Positions 1 to 14,200 of a stretch of 64,000 nucleotides of DNA are shown here, one piece after another. Both the position numbers and the translations under genes were made by a program. The stretch is from Diadema antillarum (taxonomy: Eukaryota). The stretch spans positions 992,001-1,056,000 of the forward strand of contig NW_027271069.1 in NCBI RefSeq assembly GCF_040938485.1. Direction: 5' to 3'. How positions within the stretch are numbered: the first letter of the stretch is position 1; each line of letters opens with the position of its first letter. The notes beneath the pieces were generated by a model. That model did not search any database and was not told where the DNA came from. It saw only the letters and a list, made by a program, of their open reading frames with translations.

Positions 1-944
1 ACCAGTGTATTTTTCTTACCATTATTTCAGATTTTTTATGTATTTAATAGACAAAGAGTGACTTGGCTGCGTCACATGATTAGTAAAAGGCCTGAATTGT
101 CTCCGCAAGGCTATATTTAGTAGCGTTTAAGATTCTGGAGTGATCAAACTTGTGTTCTATTTTGATTTGTTGATCCTGGATGTGTTTACAAATGAAAGGT
201 CACGCATTAGTGACATCAGACTGGTGATGTTTACGACGATAGGTATAATTAACACTTCACACGGATGTTGGAGATAAGGGTGATCATTGCACGCCTTTGT
301 GCGCATAGTTGTCTTGGCTTGCAGTGATGAAAATGAGATATTTGCCATTCACATCAACTTTGATTGATGTATAAAATGTGTCATGTCTGACATGCTTTTT
401 GTATCATTTGCAACTTGCCTTCTTAAGTGCCTTGTTAGTCCAGCTTTATTGACAAACACACCATAGGTAATTGTGAGACTTTTTTTTTCCACATTTCACA
501 ATAAGTTGATAACTGATTGCTGTAAGAAGGAAAAGGTAGTATGACTTTATGATATCTTATGTCAGCAGCATAATTTGAAAGTGGGGTGGTTTTTTTTACC
601 TACCTATTAAGTCATCACTTTGATTTGAAATGAACTTGTTTCTTTACATCAATCCCCCTTCTTTATCATTTCATTAAGGGCATCATTTACCATTTGCAGA
701 TGCAACAAAAACCCAGCTTTAGTGCTTCAAAATAGTTTTAAAATGTGAGTTAAGGATAGAAACAACCAATGTAAAAGTTGTAATCATTATAATCAGTGTT
801 AAGTATTGTTGAATATACAAAATGTCAGCAATAGTTATAATAGAATTGTTTCTAGACTAAATCATCTACAATTATGGTTTTAGTGAGAAAAATAGTTATA
901 TCTCCTTATATCTAAGGCTTTATTGCAAAATTTTTATTTGGGAG

Positions 945-1041
945 GATGTTTTGTGATACAATTGACATACACATATGCATCAAACATGATAACTCAAACA
1001 TTTTTTGAATCACTGCTCCCAGTGGTAAAAAATACCTTTAA
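945..1041 (+). repeat. Dispersed repeat 3' end (copy 1), Kolobok-like ...CCTTTAA terminus
   Basis: Aligns by eye to 3186-3283 (ttttgtgataca..catatgcatcaaa..ctcaaacatttt..aatcactgctccca..tacctttaa). Confidence 0.7.
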
Positions 1042-1531
1042 GATCAGCCAGCAAGGAGTTTCTCCCCCTCGGGGGAAGAATAATTGTATCTAAAGAAACA
1101 GCGTAAGCTCAAGATAAGCGCAACAAGTCTCAGAACAGTGCAAGTAGATGTATGGTTGAAAAAGAAAATAGGTATTTTAAATATAATATCTTATGGAGAC
1201 TGTGAATCAACAATGTTATACTACTGACCACCAATGAATCACATCCTCATTTGGTAGGAATGAAAATTCCAGAATGTGATATATTTCTTTGAAGCCATTT
1301 CATGTGACAGATTTATTTAAGCATCATGTAAATTGTAGAAAGATTGATGTGTAGTAATTCTTGTGCTTGGTCATCATTAAAATATGAATTTGGAGAAAAT
1401 ATGACATTTTGCTTCATTCATGCCAAAAACTAAACAAGGACACTATCCAATTATATCACTGTTGTGAGACATTTGCTCAATATTTATGCACCTATGATCG
1501 ATTATAAACAGAGTTTTATTTTTACTGCACA

Positions 1532-2140
1532 TTAACCCGCTGAAGATGGACTGATTTTCCTATAATAAGCATTTCCCACTCACCCTAGCCTTTTGTCAAG
1601 GCCCTCTTGCTGTAATGGGCGAGCAAAGCGAGCCCAGCCGAGCGCGACAGCATGAGGGCCTTTTGAGATCTGCTTCACATATTATTATTCATAACACGTG
1701 AACCCTTCTGAATATTCATATTTACGGGTTCTGGTCGACCAATGGAATGGCACGCTCCCCACATCCTCTTCAGCCTTGGTGTTGTCACGCCTGTTATTCG
1801 CATGCATCACTGACCACCAGCAGAGGTCAGTGCACAGAAAGTTACACACTCCCCCCCCCCCCCTCTCTCTGTAGAGTTCTGTGGGTCTGTGGCGTGCATT
1901 CGTATCGGGTTAGAGCAGACAGACACGCTGATTGGTTGACTTTTACTCCCGAAATCGGGGAGCAAAAGTCAGTAATTCAAAGGGCTAACAAAAGGATGCG
2001 AAGCAGATCTCAAAAGGCCCTCGCGCAACCCCACTCAGTTTGGCTCTCTTCACCATACAGCGAGAGGGCCTTGACAAAAGGCTACACTCACCCCAGCTCG
2101 AGAATACTGAGGACTACAGATGTAGTCTTCAATGGGTTAA
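1532..2140. mobile_element. piggyBac-like ~95-bp MITE (TTAA CCC...GGG TTAA) split by a nested insertion
   Basis: Halves 1532-1585 and 2085-2140 rejoin into the family also found at 7975-8058, 26212-26304 and 27463-27555. Confidence 0.8.
1586..2084. mobile_element. Non-autonomous DNA transposon with ~90-bp TIRs and 9-bp TSD (MULE-like)
   Basis: tagccttttgtcaaggccctc...gagggccttttgagatctgcttc and gaagcagatctcaaaaggccctc...gagggccttgacaaaaggcta are inverted. Direct repeat cactcaccc at 1577-1585 and 2085-2093. Superfamily inferred from TSD length only. Confidence 0.8.
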
Positions 2141-2169
2141 CAATATATTTATTCTTTTTTTCTTTGCAG

Positions 2170-2247
2170 GCACATTCTATCATAGAGGAGTTTGATGACC
2201 GGAAGTACCCACCAGCAGATAATAATGCATTCCAGACATTGTATGAG
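2170..2247 (+). CDS. MPP7: MPP7-like exon (L27 region; [26 protein letters not shown]), phase 0-0
   Basis: ttttttctttgcag| acceptor and |gtgaga donor; 78 nt; joins in frame to 11228. Confidence 0.85.
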
Positions 2248-5200
2248 GTGAGAAGATGACAGTGTACATTTCTCTAGAGCTACAGCATGTATTCTGTGGA
2301 CGTGGGGGAGAAACTAATACTCCCTCTACAAAATTATTTGTGGAATGGTTATACCTTGTGCACATGTTAATATTTTATGTTTAACATAGATCTCTGTTGC
2401 ATATTTCTTTGTTTTGTTTGTGTGCGTGTTCATGCATGTATGTATTTGTAATGTATTAAAGCATGAGGAATTGATGTGTTGGACAGAAAAAGGTATAGGA
2501 TGTCCAATTTACATTTGAGGAAAAAATTGTCCATTAAATGGATGATTTATGAATTTGACGTTCTTAATTGAGATAAGTTTTATGGACATTATACCCAACT
2601 TATGCATATTGACTTCAGTAACTTATATTTTGAGCCAAGGTGACCAAAATATCAAATTGTAAGAGTAGTTATGACCTCTTTAATTGGTCAGCTTTGTAAA
2701 AAGCTTTTCATGCATACCATGAAATGATCAACTTGGTCATGCAGGCAGCTATGATAGTACTTGTAGAATACTCTGTTTACCACTCGTAAAATATAACCAA
2801 TTTCGTATTTAAGCAAAAGCAAAAGATATATTTATCTCTGTAACTTTTCCCTTGCTGTATCAGGGATGCTGTATCAGTAGTCATAGTCTAAGACAGAACA
2901 AGGCAGTCCCTGCAAAAAGAGATAGAGAATATAATGGTTATGCGTATGTGTGTTCACAAAGAAACTAAAAATTTCTAAGCCAGCACTGCTATATTCATGT
3001 GACTTAGATAGTTCCCACAGGACCCTATGTCTGATGGATTAGCTGACATTCCAACTGTTAGTTAATTCATGTCTAATTTGGCTCAAAGTTTTCCTTATCT
3101 GTGATTGCATTACACCAATTTCATTTAAATCAACTTCATCTGTATCGTAAATTCCCTGTGAAACACAATGTGTAGTTCACACACGAGGATTTTTGTGATA
3201 CAGATGACCTACGCATATGCATCAAATGTGATATCTCAAACATTTTTAAAATCACTGCTCCCAATGATAAACAGTACCTTTAAAATATTGATATATTCTT
3301 AATGAATTCCAGCTTGAATCGAGTTGAGCAAAAGAAATGGACCCTACCTTCAAACTTGCAATCATGCCAAGATGACCCTCTTACTCATTAATGAGTTTTC
3401 TGCGCGCCACATGCTCGTGGTCTGAGCCACGTTTCCGGAGAGCCATGGGAAAAAACAAACAAAACAAAACAAAAACAAACCAAAACGCAGAGTAAACTCA
3501 TCAGCCTTGGGGAAAAAGAAATGAGAAAAAATATACTGCATGCTCTAATTATTACCTCCCTCTCTGTTCCAGCCATAAATCAGAATGGACTTGTTTACTG
3601 CTCATTTCTTCACCTGCCCTTCTATGTTTATTCCAAAGGAAGTGCATAGGAGAGGGAAAGGAGTTATTTGAGAGAGGGATGGGGGGCGTGAATGGGCAAG
3701 GGGGAGGGGTAAGAACACGTTCAATTGATGGTTCACTTGATGAGAGCAGTCAGTAAGATTTATGCTTGTAGATACGAGTTTGCACTCCGTTAATTTGGTG
3801 GCTTTACTAATTATACTCACTAAAATATCTTCAGACAGTCAAACTTGCCCGAGCCAAATCCATCAGAAGATACATCAATGTAGGCTTCACATTGGCAGTA
3901 TATTTCATGTACAAGCGTAATAATCATTGTTAGAGCACTGTTTGGGGTTTTTCCAGTATCGTAGAATAGCTAAATGTTTGACTTATATAATATAGCATAC
4001 TACAAGTAATTAAAAAGCACTTTTTCATCACTATCTGTGCTGTAACACTAAAGGTTAGTGTGTATGTAGCATGGCTTGATATGTTTGAGTTTGATAATGA
4101 AACAGCAAATGGACTTGCAAATGAGCTGAGAGTGTAGCCACTGTATGTAGGCAGTTTTTTTGGTGGTTTTTTTTTTATAGTTTTATCATGATCATGAGTT
4201 GCCGAAATTATGGACTTGCAGTGAGTCTCTTGGCTTGACCTTCCTTAGATGCAAATCACAAATATCATTTTATTACAATGATGAAAGAGCGTTATTTGTT
4301 GGGTTGGTTTTGTTTTTGTTTTTTTTTTGTTGTTTTTTTTTGGGGGGGTGGTACTCTCCTCTCTTGAGCCCCATTCACACTTTAAATGCATTCCTTTCTA
4401 TGTCAATGAATTCAGTCTAGCTAAGCTAGGGAGACTCGTAGCTGCACTAGTAGCCGAACTAGCAAGACTTGGATCGCAGGAGTTTTCATCATTGAATCAA
4501 GATATCGATGCACCCTTGCTAAATAGGCTTTGACAGGTTTTCACACAAAAGTCAATCCTCAGTAAGCAGTACTCTGTGTTGTTAGTGGATGATTTCCCCC
4601 CCCCCCCCCCCACAGTCTAAACCAAGGACACTGGGTATGCATTAAAAGCCCCGAAATCCTCATGCCTATGTGAATACTAAAGTCAATCTTGTCAGAATCA
4701 TACAGTTGGAAAGATCTCACCTACTTCATGCAATGGAAATTATATTCTAGCAGCATGCTTCGGAGGTGTGAGTTTAGGTTGCCAATGCCTAGCTGCTGCA
4801 ATACAACAATCATTTAAATCATGATGGCTAGTTTGTCTGCATAATTTAGCTGGAAAAAGAAATGTAGTGCCATTCACATTGCAAACATTTCCCAATTTTG
4901 TGACTCGCTATCAGGGTCGCGTCTCTATGATTCAGTGTTCTTACAGAATTCATTCGAAAAATATGTTCGAAAAACCATGAATAGTGCCCATCAGTATAAA
5001 TATGTGCTTGGCCCATTGGTAACGGTCAACTCCAATTGAGATTCTTTGGCTATGTTTGTACTTTACATGCAGGGTGTTCAGACACACACAAAAAAAAAAT
5101 TGTTCTAGAATGGTACAGAAGAATTTATACGTCTGAACGCTGACTAACGAAATGATGTATAGCGAAACGATGGTCAGAGCATCCTTTCGAACTAGAACTC

Positions 5201-8200
5201 GATAACGAATAAGCATTCCATCATGTCCATTATGCGTCTGTACGTATGGCGACCATAGAACTGTGGGCGGAACTTAATGGGAGCGCGCACAAAAGGTGAC
5301 CCTATACCTGTCACTCGTGACCGTAACGGCGTGCGCAGTGAGAAACTGCGCATCTATACAACGTTTTCCAGAACGGTCGAGATTAGCGTCTGAACGGTCT
5401 GTCGGCTATACGATGATTCTTTATAGTTATACATTATTTCTTTATCGACTTTTGGTATAAACTGGCTTGCATCTGAACAGGGCGATAGCGATCGGCAAGA
5501 TTCTTGACTGTATCCGAGCTAGGCCAACCTCCGCACTCCACGCTATCCCAATGCTAGCTACTGGATCTTTAAACAACCTTGCAATAACCTGCCATATTGA
5601 TCCAGAGTGACACTGACAGCCAATGAAAGTTTTGTTACTCCTAATCCAAATCCATCCTCTAGCCTCACCATCCTCTCCCCCCCCCCCCCACCACCAACAC
5701 CCAATCTGTCAGCAGGGGTCATTCCGGGACACCCGTCTCTCTAGAGCTCCCCCTCCCCTAATTTGGTTCTATATCCTTCTATATTTGGTAAAGGGCAGAG
5801 CCACCTACAAAAGTGTCGTTTAATAATCAAAAGGGACACCTCAGGTTGGCGAACGGAAACCTTTTAATCCTGGTGTGATGTGATCGGTGTGTGGAGAGGA
5901 TTGGATTGGACTACCTGGAACTTAATTTCTGCAGAATTGGAATGGCAGTTATGTGATATAAATCTCTGCAGCAATGTGTGTACGTTATGAAGCAGAGACA
6001 GCACCACATGGTTAACTTTTTAAAAACCAGCCAAAAAAGCCTTCCTGTGTTCAGTGATCTATCATAGTTCTGCTATCTCCTTTTGGGTACAAATAACATT
6101 TTATGTTGGAATTATGTCAGTGTACTTTCCATCTACAGTGTATATACCTGCTGAATGCTATAAGTGCTGGTTCTATAAGGATTAGAACCAGCACTGGCTG
6201 TCGGGCAGAAGCGCGGTGGTCTAGTGGATAAGACGCCTGTCCAGTGATTAGGAGGTTGTAGGTTCGAATCCTGCTTGAGTATGTAAGCCCATGATTTCTT
6301 TTGCCATGGCTACTGTTAAAAATACTGATCAATTTACCGTAGTGCTCATTTATGTCGACGTAGGGCAACTTATCAATCAATTGCAATAAAAACAACTCGA
6401 CAGAAGAATTTAATCACTTTGAATGTATTTGAGGTTTGCAGTTTGTGAGGTTAGCAATTTTGCATTTACTGCTATTTAGAAAGATTTGGCAATACTGAAA
6501 CATTCTCATCAATTAAAAAGAAACCCATTTCCTAGTGTAAGTTGACTTTAATGACAATGTAATTCAACTGTCTTTTATGTAGTATATTTCCAATATGATA
6601 CCGATCAATTCGCTTTACATCATAAGATTGTCTCAATGATGAACTCAAAAAGAACATGAGAACTTGGTGACATTCTTTTTGAAAAAAGACACTGACGATG
6701 ATGAATGTAGTGAATAGGATAAAGTTCTACACATAGAATAGTGAAAGTCTGTCATTTTAGGTTTTGGCAAAATAAAGTAATAGAATTTCAATGTTACATA
6801 TGAAATAGTATCATTGCTCACAATCCCCTATATTATGCAAATTTGATGAGATAATAATGTCCCATGGCAATTCTCTCATTGTCTTGCACCCAAATCTTCA
6901 CTAGATTTCCTTTCTGGAAATGGCTTTAAAGGTAGGGAATCCCATTTGCATGCCTTAAATGAAGAGTTGTATAAATACAGTGGTATGTTGAAGAGAATAT
7001 CATTTTAGAAACTCCCATAAAGTATTGAAAGTGGAAGGTAACATTTAGTACATTTTTTTGACGGTTAGATTTTGAATTGACTTGTTTTCGGGGCTCACTG
7101 TAAATTCCAGTACATTACTAGGCTACCTTTGCAGACCCATGTACTGCATGTGTGTCCATCATGTATATTTTGTGAAGAAAGTTCATCAACACTTACAAAC
7201 ATTTCTATATATACATTCTTACCACACACTCTATATGTTATTACATCAGCTCTTGTACTTTTAGATTTGTGTTTATAGATCACAAATACAGAAGAATGCA
7301 ACAAAAAGGCTTAAGTGTGGCTGACACACAGAACTACTGAGTAGTTGAGTTTTGTGCATTATTCAAATTTTAGATAACTGTTGACTTCCAAATTTCTAAG
7401 CAGTGGCCTAAGCAAGTCCCCTGAGGTTCATATTTAATGTTTTGCTGCATTTTGGGAGGTCTGTAAAAGGTATCCCCTACCTTTAAAGGGTGTGTACAGT
7501 TCTGGTCGAGGTGAGGATTTAGCTTTTAATGTTTTGCGAGATATTCAGAAACCACTCTATGAGATGTCAAAGAGCATGCAATTCTAAGGGGTATCAAAAG
7601 TTTATTTGATGAAAATCGGTTTTTGAAATGGCTGAGATATCCAAAAACAAAGTGAAACAAAGAGATCCTAATAAAGTTGTGGCCTGTCGCCTTTTATTAT
7701 TATCACTTTTTTGGATATCTCAGCCATTTGAAATCCAATTTTCATCAAATAAACGTTGAATCCTTCTTAAAATTACATGCTCTTTCATATTTCATAAGAG
7801 GTTTCTCATTATCTCACTTAAGAATGTTCAAAACATGAATCCCCACCTCAACCAGTACTGTACAGTCCCTTTAAACTAGAAAGTCCAATCTTGGAAGGTA
7901 ATTAATTTTATGATGTGTTGACTTTGCAATGTGAACTTTTTTTCGAAGGCATTGACAAAAGTATAATTGTATTTTTTAACGCATTAAAGACTAGTCCTAA
8001 GTATACTTCTGGGGAATTGCAGCTTATAGCAAAATCAGTTCGTCCTCAACGGGTTAAATTACAAACCAAAGGGAGAGCCAAGGAAAGGTAGCATTTAATA
8101 TTGCCTCTTCTAGGTTTTTTGTAATTGTGATATATATATAGAAATGCTTCATGAATACTAACAATTATTCTTGATACTTAATATCTTTTGCACCGTTGTG

Positions 8201-11200
8201 GTCTAATTTTGCTACAGTTTTACAGTCTGACGACTGTGTGTTCTCTTCGTAGAGCACTTAGCAAAGAGAACAATATTTTCCAAGCCATTGAGATCAAGAC
8301 AAAGTGATGCAGCTTGAATGAGCAAATAATGGTTTTCTTCATCACAGCGTGATGGAAGCAGGTCTTGCAATGAATTTCATGAATACTAGAGAAACCTTAG
8401 AGGCATTAACTTTGAAAGACAAGTGTTGGACGAGAGAAGATTTTAAAAAGATGTCTTGTACTTCTAAGCCTAAGCCTTTTCTCTTGATACCATACATGAA
8501 TGATTTATTTCTCTCCTACAGTACGTCTTGCTTTATATTTCATATTACCAGAGGGTACTCAATCTACCCTTATATTTTTTTTCCAGTTCCTTCATTGCTA
8601 CATCTTGATCCTTATTTTGTGGCTAATGCACGGCTTTGTGTATGGATTGCGTCTGTTGGGTTGCCGTGGTAACATACCGCAAAAAGGTATGAAGGGACAC
8701 GAAGCCTACAAATGTGGCACATCTTTTGACTCCATTATGTGTGCGCATTGCCCTGCGCCCGTGGTAGAAAGTTTCGTTGCAGCCCTCCCATAACTTATTC
8801 ATGTTCAGTGTGTGCTTGCAGTTTACTCGCAGTATAACATAGCGACGGTAGCGGGCATCTTTTATTCATGGCGCTGTTCTCGCTGATCCGCTCCCCCCAA
8901 CCGAGTGGCAGCCCGAGTCCAATTTGTCAACAGCGCATTTGTTAAGTGGCAAGGAGTTGTATATTTCACAACTCTATTTGGAAACTGCCCTGTTGACTAG
9001 TCATGTCAGCTGTATGTAGAGTGATCATGCAATGCTCACTTACCAACTCTGCTGAAAATGGAGGAACGTCTGATGTGCATCTTTCTCCACCTTTCTCATG
9101 AAGTGTGGAACTTATGGATAATTAAAAGACATTTTAAGTGAATAAAAGGGATTGAGAGTTTTTAAAAAAAAAATGGATTGTATGGCACTGTAGACAAAAT
9201 TTTATATGAAGGCCTGGGTGATTTGTTTCAGAATAAATACTCTTCCCCAGCTTGTTGCCAGTGTATATATCTTTGTTATCTCAGACTGTTATCTGTTTCA
9301 TTCACTCGCCATTTCATTTGGAGTGTGGGTAGTCTCTTTTTATACTTAAGGGCGTAGAAGAAAGTGGGTATCCTAGTGCACAGTATTAAAGAAAATGAAA
9401 GACAAATGCACAGACTTGACTGTGTGGATTGCAGATTACCACTTGGGTTATATATGAAGTGATTTCTTTGCATTATATGATATGATTTTACTGTTGTGCA
9501 TTAGTATGTGAGATACTTTAAAGTGGACATTTTCATGCATTTGTTTTGCGTGAAAAGAAATGAGTGCAAATAAATGCACACAAAGAATTTGGCTTGTTAC
9601 ATGTAGCACCAATGTTTTCATTATGCAGAATTAAACACACTTGAAAGTAATTGCACCCAGCTGAGTTAAAAAATAATTAACAATTAATTGCGCCAAAGTG
9701 TCCACTTTGACAGTATTTAAAGTCTATTTTTGCTCTGTTTAAAGATTAAATTTGGCTTCATTTGATATGCAAACTGAGAGGACAGTCTAAATAGGGTAGG
9801 GATGAAAATGTGTGCTTTGATGTACTGCAGAGAAGCCTCTAATTTTCATGAAAGAAAGAGATATGCACCCAAAGACACTGAAGTTCTGTATACTGTAAAA
9901 CCTATAATTTTTGTGTACCGATACATTCGCCAGTGAGGAGATCACAGACATTTTTGCGAGATGTTGTATTTGCATTTTGACACCGAGGCTATCGTTGAGT
10001 GCACTAATTAATGCCTGTCTGAAAATCTAATGCAATCAAGATCAGGTAGTGGTATTCTCACGTGTTGTTAAATTTGTGGCCCAACAGTATACTCGCGGAA
10101 TTCACAAAAATTAAACTCTCGCGAAAATAACAGCTTTTACAGTAGTTGTGCATAGCTAGCTAGCTACACGTGTACATGTGGGCATGCTGGTGGTGCTGCA
10201 AAAATAGCTTCCACAAAATTTGTAAGTGTAAAATAATCACTATTCATAAAATGATTTGACTAATCCATAGAAAGAACAGGTGAGGAATTTTATTGTCAGG
10301 AGAGTCGTGGATGTTCTAACCTCAGGGTGTGAAATGCTATTTCAGGGATGTTATTAATCTCTCAATAGCATTTTGATATTTCGTACCCTTTAGCTGGATC
10401 AGTCTGCTTGTTCCCTTCCAGGCATACAATGTATATCATCTCCTATAATGTTGTAATATACAGTCATTTGGTATGTGTTTGGGACCTCACCTACTTTTCC
10501 CTTGCCTTGCAAATGAGGAGTTCTGTTAGCAAAAACAGTATGTTAAAGGATTTGTTTCCCTTATATACAGAATTAGAAAGCACTCAGAGAGTACAGACCT
10601 CCACCGAGCAGCTCATTTCAACCTATTTTTTGATTTCCACTTTGTGTTATAAGTCCTGCATTCATATCATCTACATTATCAGATTCCTTGACCGTCAAAA
10701 TATATCCCTTGGCATTTGGAATCATATTGATATCAATAGTTTAATGGCTATTCACAAACTCAACATTTTGATAACTGTCATTTTCTTCATAATTCCCCCA
10801 TTGTCTACTGTGTCTACAGTAGCAATGTGCAAATTAATGGGGTTTCCCGCTGCGTGATAAAAGTCAGTTACCAGTCATCATCATAATATAGTGTACAAAA
10901 GAATACAAAATATATGTGTATTTACTTTAGAACCAGAAATGTTTGCATGCATTTTAATTTCATGAATGTCGCAAGAGCCAGATTCGCATAATTAAAATAT
11001 ACACGAAAGTTCTTGTCTACACTGTAGTGCATTGGATGCCAGTGGCAATTTGCAGAAATTTTATGCCGCAGCAAAGGCTGTCTGCTTCAATTTGCGAAAA
11101 TTTCATGTCGCGAATATTTCTTGTTTTACAGTACACTTCAGAATGAGACTTGAGTTTCATACTATGTGGATGGGTATATTTTATCTTTCTGCTGCTTGTT

Positions 11201-14200
11201 TTCTCGTTTTGTTGGTTTTTCGTACAGGTCTGCGAGGAGCTGCAACACTTTGTCAGCATGCCAGAGGTCATGGAACTGTGCTGCCTGCTCACGCGAGCCC
11301 ACATGAGGGCGATCTTCGACATCCACGACCAGATCGCGAACAAGGACTACACGCCGGAGCTGCCGCCCGAGTTCCCCGAAGACCTCACACCTGTCTGCAG
11401 TGATGATGAAGAGGCTGGTGTCAAAATCGTCAAACTCGTCAAAAGCGTAGAACCTCTGGTGAGAACGCACCCTTTGGTACAAATATACATATGGAATGCA
11501 ATTTGGTGGCATCATCAGATTCATAGATATGTTCATAGATATTTTTCATCATTGTATGTAATATCATAGTGTACTGTATTTACCGTATATATATCATACG
11601 ATTTTTATTTTCATGAATTTCCTGAGTAGGGTACTCTTCATGTGTCTAATAACACGCAAAATTATCGACTCTGATCTCGAAATGGATGTAACGTGCACGT
11701 GTACATTACTCCGTTCATTTCCGAGGTTTTTTTTCACAGTCATTCTCAAAAGTGTAGGACATCTTAAAATCAAATTGACAAATAGACTAAAAAAGGAGAA
11801 ATTATTTAATTACCCAATGATTTCGAGGTACCTTCAGTGCAATCTTATTTTTTTGCTGACTGAAATCAAGATGTGATTCAGAGCAGAACAAAAATCACGA
11901 TCATATAACCAAAATTGTTCTTACATGCATTTTTATGCATCTGTGGAGATGGAGACCTTTATTTAATCTTTCTTTCCAAGATATGATGTCATACACTGAA
12001 CATATCCCAGACACAATTCAATTTCCCTTTCAAAAGTTCCATGCCCCAACCAAAGTGTGAAATGGCTGCGGCGAATTACTTATCAATTAGGCATCAACAC
12101 TGGGGAGAGATCTAGAGGTGTCCGCAATTGCCAGCAGTTGGGTTTATTCCCAACAGGTGGTTCTGGGCCGTGATAGTAGGAGTCAGCAGAATATTAAAAC
12201 ATTTGGTTCTCACTTTGAGATTTCTGGCCATCCTGTCTCTGATAGGGAATGTAAGTTATTCTGTTGATTATTTCTGTGCTTTTTTGATTAGTTTTATATG
12301 ATTCTGCCAGTCGTTGTGGAGGCTGTTCCTTTCTTTTTTTAGAGGGGGGGGGGGGGGGAGACAAGTCAGCATATGATGTAGGGCTTGAAAGTGAAACCAG
12401 TGTAAAGGAAATGAAGTCCAGAGAAATGAAGAAGAAGGAAAAAATGAATCGGGAGGCAGAGAGAGAGAGATAGAGAATGAAGGGGATAAATCAAGAGGGA
12501 TTATATCTGAGTGGTGACCTGGGGAGGGAGCCAATTCCTGCTTTGTGTGGTGTCGACCAATTTTTAGTGGATGCACGTGATTCCGCTTGGTTTGGAAGCC
12601 AGCCCATTCTGGGTTAACCACCGGTCTCAAGGTGGTACCAAATTAAACGCTTGTGTAGCTGCTATAGTAGCTGAACAGTATGAAGTGCATATAATACCTA
12701 ATCTTTATAGCTGATAGCTAAACAGTGAATATTCAGAGGGAGATGAACTATCAATGCACACTTTTTTGTTTTTCTGTTTCAGTCCACTTCTTTGCTCACA
12801 TATTCCACCATTTTCTGTCTTTTTGTATTCCAAAACACTACACAAATCTTGAGGCATACAAGGGAATACCAATGACAGTAGATGCAAGTAGATTAGTGAG
12901 ACAGAAGAGTTTAAGCCAGAAGAATGAATTTTATGATTCATTAAAGTAAGAGCTGAAATTGTCATATCCAGAAGAAGGCAAGAAGACAGTAAAGATAATA
13001 TAAGATAGTAAAGATAGTTAAAGGAACGCCTCCAAAATTCTTGAGGGGAAATGCATATGAATAAACAAATACAACAGCAAAACGAGATACAAGAAATAAG
13101 CAAAGAGATTAAAAGGGATTCATGTGATCAGAATGACTTGGTGGAGGAACGAATGATATGATAGAGATGAAGGAAGAAATGGAGGAATGTCTACAGGAGA
13201 ATTGCTCGTGGATAAAGGTCACACACAAGTTGCCTACATATAGCTCTTCTTGGATATCCAGGGGGTTATTATGTCTCGAAATGGGGTCTACAATGTATTT
13301 CTAGTTCTCGATACCTGGCGTAAATTTCCATGGGGCTGTCCCTTTATCTCCTTTGTCTTCATTCTCTTTCTTCTCATTCACTTTTTTTTGTAACTTACAA
13401 TGATGGTGAATGTTTATCTTGCCTGTTGCCAGATGGGAGAAACCTTGACAACATTGTTTTCAAGAAGAAGCGTAATAATGCATAAACCCATGTCCATTGC
13501 GGACAATGCACTGTCTTTACAGCATGTGACATTTTTCTCTAGCTTGGAGAGTAGTCTATCTCAGGAGCTACATTATGGATGTGTAAATTGCATGTCTAGT
13601 CAAAGCCCAGTATCAAAGTGTGATGTCATAGGCATTCATCGCCATGGAAACTGGTTCAAAACAACGTCACCTAGCCTGACTGTATATGCTCGCATCTGGT
13701 TCGAACCCAAGCTGTAACAAAAGACTGTGACATCATCGCTTTAGTACTCTGTTGGTTTTCTATAGTTATTCTAGACATGATTTTCATAAATGTCTTGTCT
13801 GTTTTCTTATACACTTGTGTGTTTTTGTGAGATTGTATCATACTGCAGAGAAGTGCAATGAATTTGTTGATTCATGGTAGAACTTCTTTAATAACCACAA
13901 ATGTTTTTGATATGTTTTTTTTCTCTCTCTCCATTTTGTGTTCATGTCATGTAGGGAGCTACAATCAAGTATGACCACAAGTCTGGGATGATTGTAATTG
14001 CCAGGGTGATGCATGGTGGCGCTGCAGATAGGAGCGGTGAGTTGCCATGCCCCTAGGTCCACAGTCTCACGGGTGATTTGTAGTGCATGTATGCAAACCG
14101 TGGTAACGCAGCAAAAGTAGTTCTACGGCATAGATTGGACCGTTACCTCAACATATCAACATATATGCCATTCGCCTTTCTGAATTCATGGTGATGGTGT

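Noticed and set aside
1747-2259. 170-aa ORF
   Set aside because: Mostly transposon sequence; only its last ~26 codons are the real MPP7-like exon 2170-2247.
4327-4533. ORF with helical-looking [13 protein letters not shown] peptide
   Set aside because: Driven by repeated CTAG words (many CTA codons); no usable splice sites or homology.
6207-6283. Possible tRNA gene
   Set aside because: Has A and B boxes but no closing acceptor stem or regular anticodon arm; treated as a SINE head.
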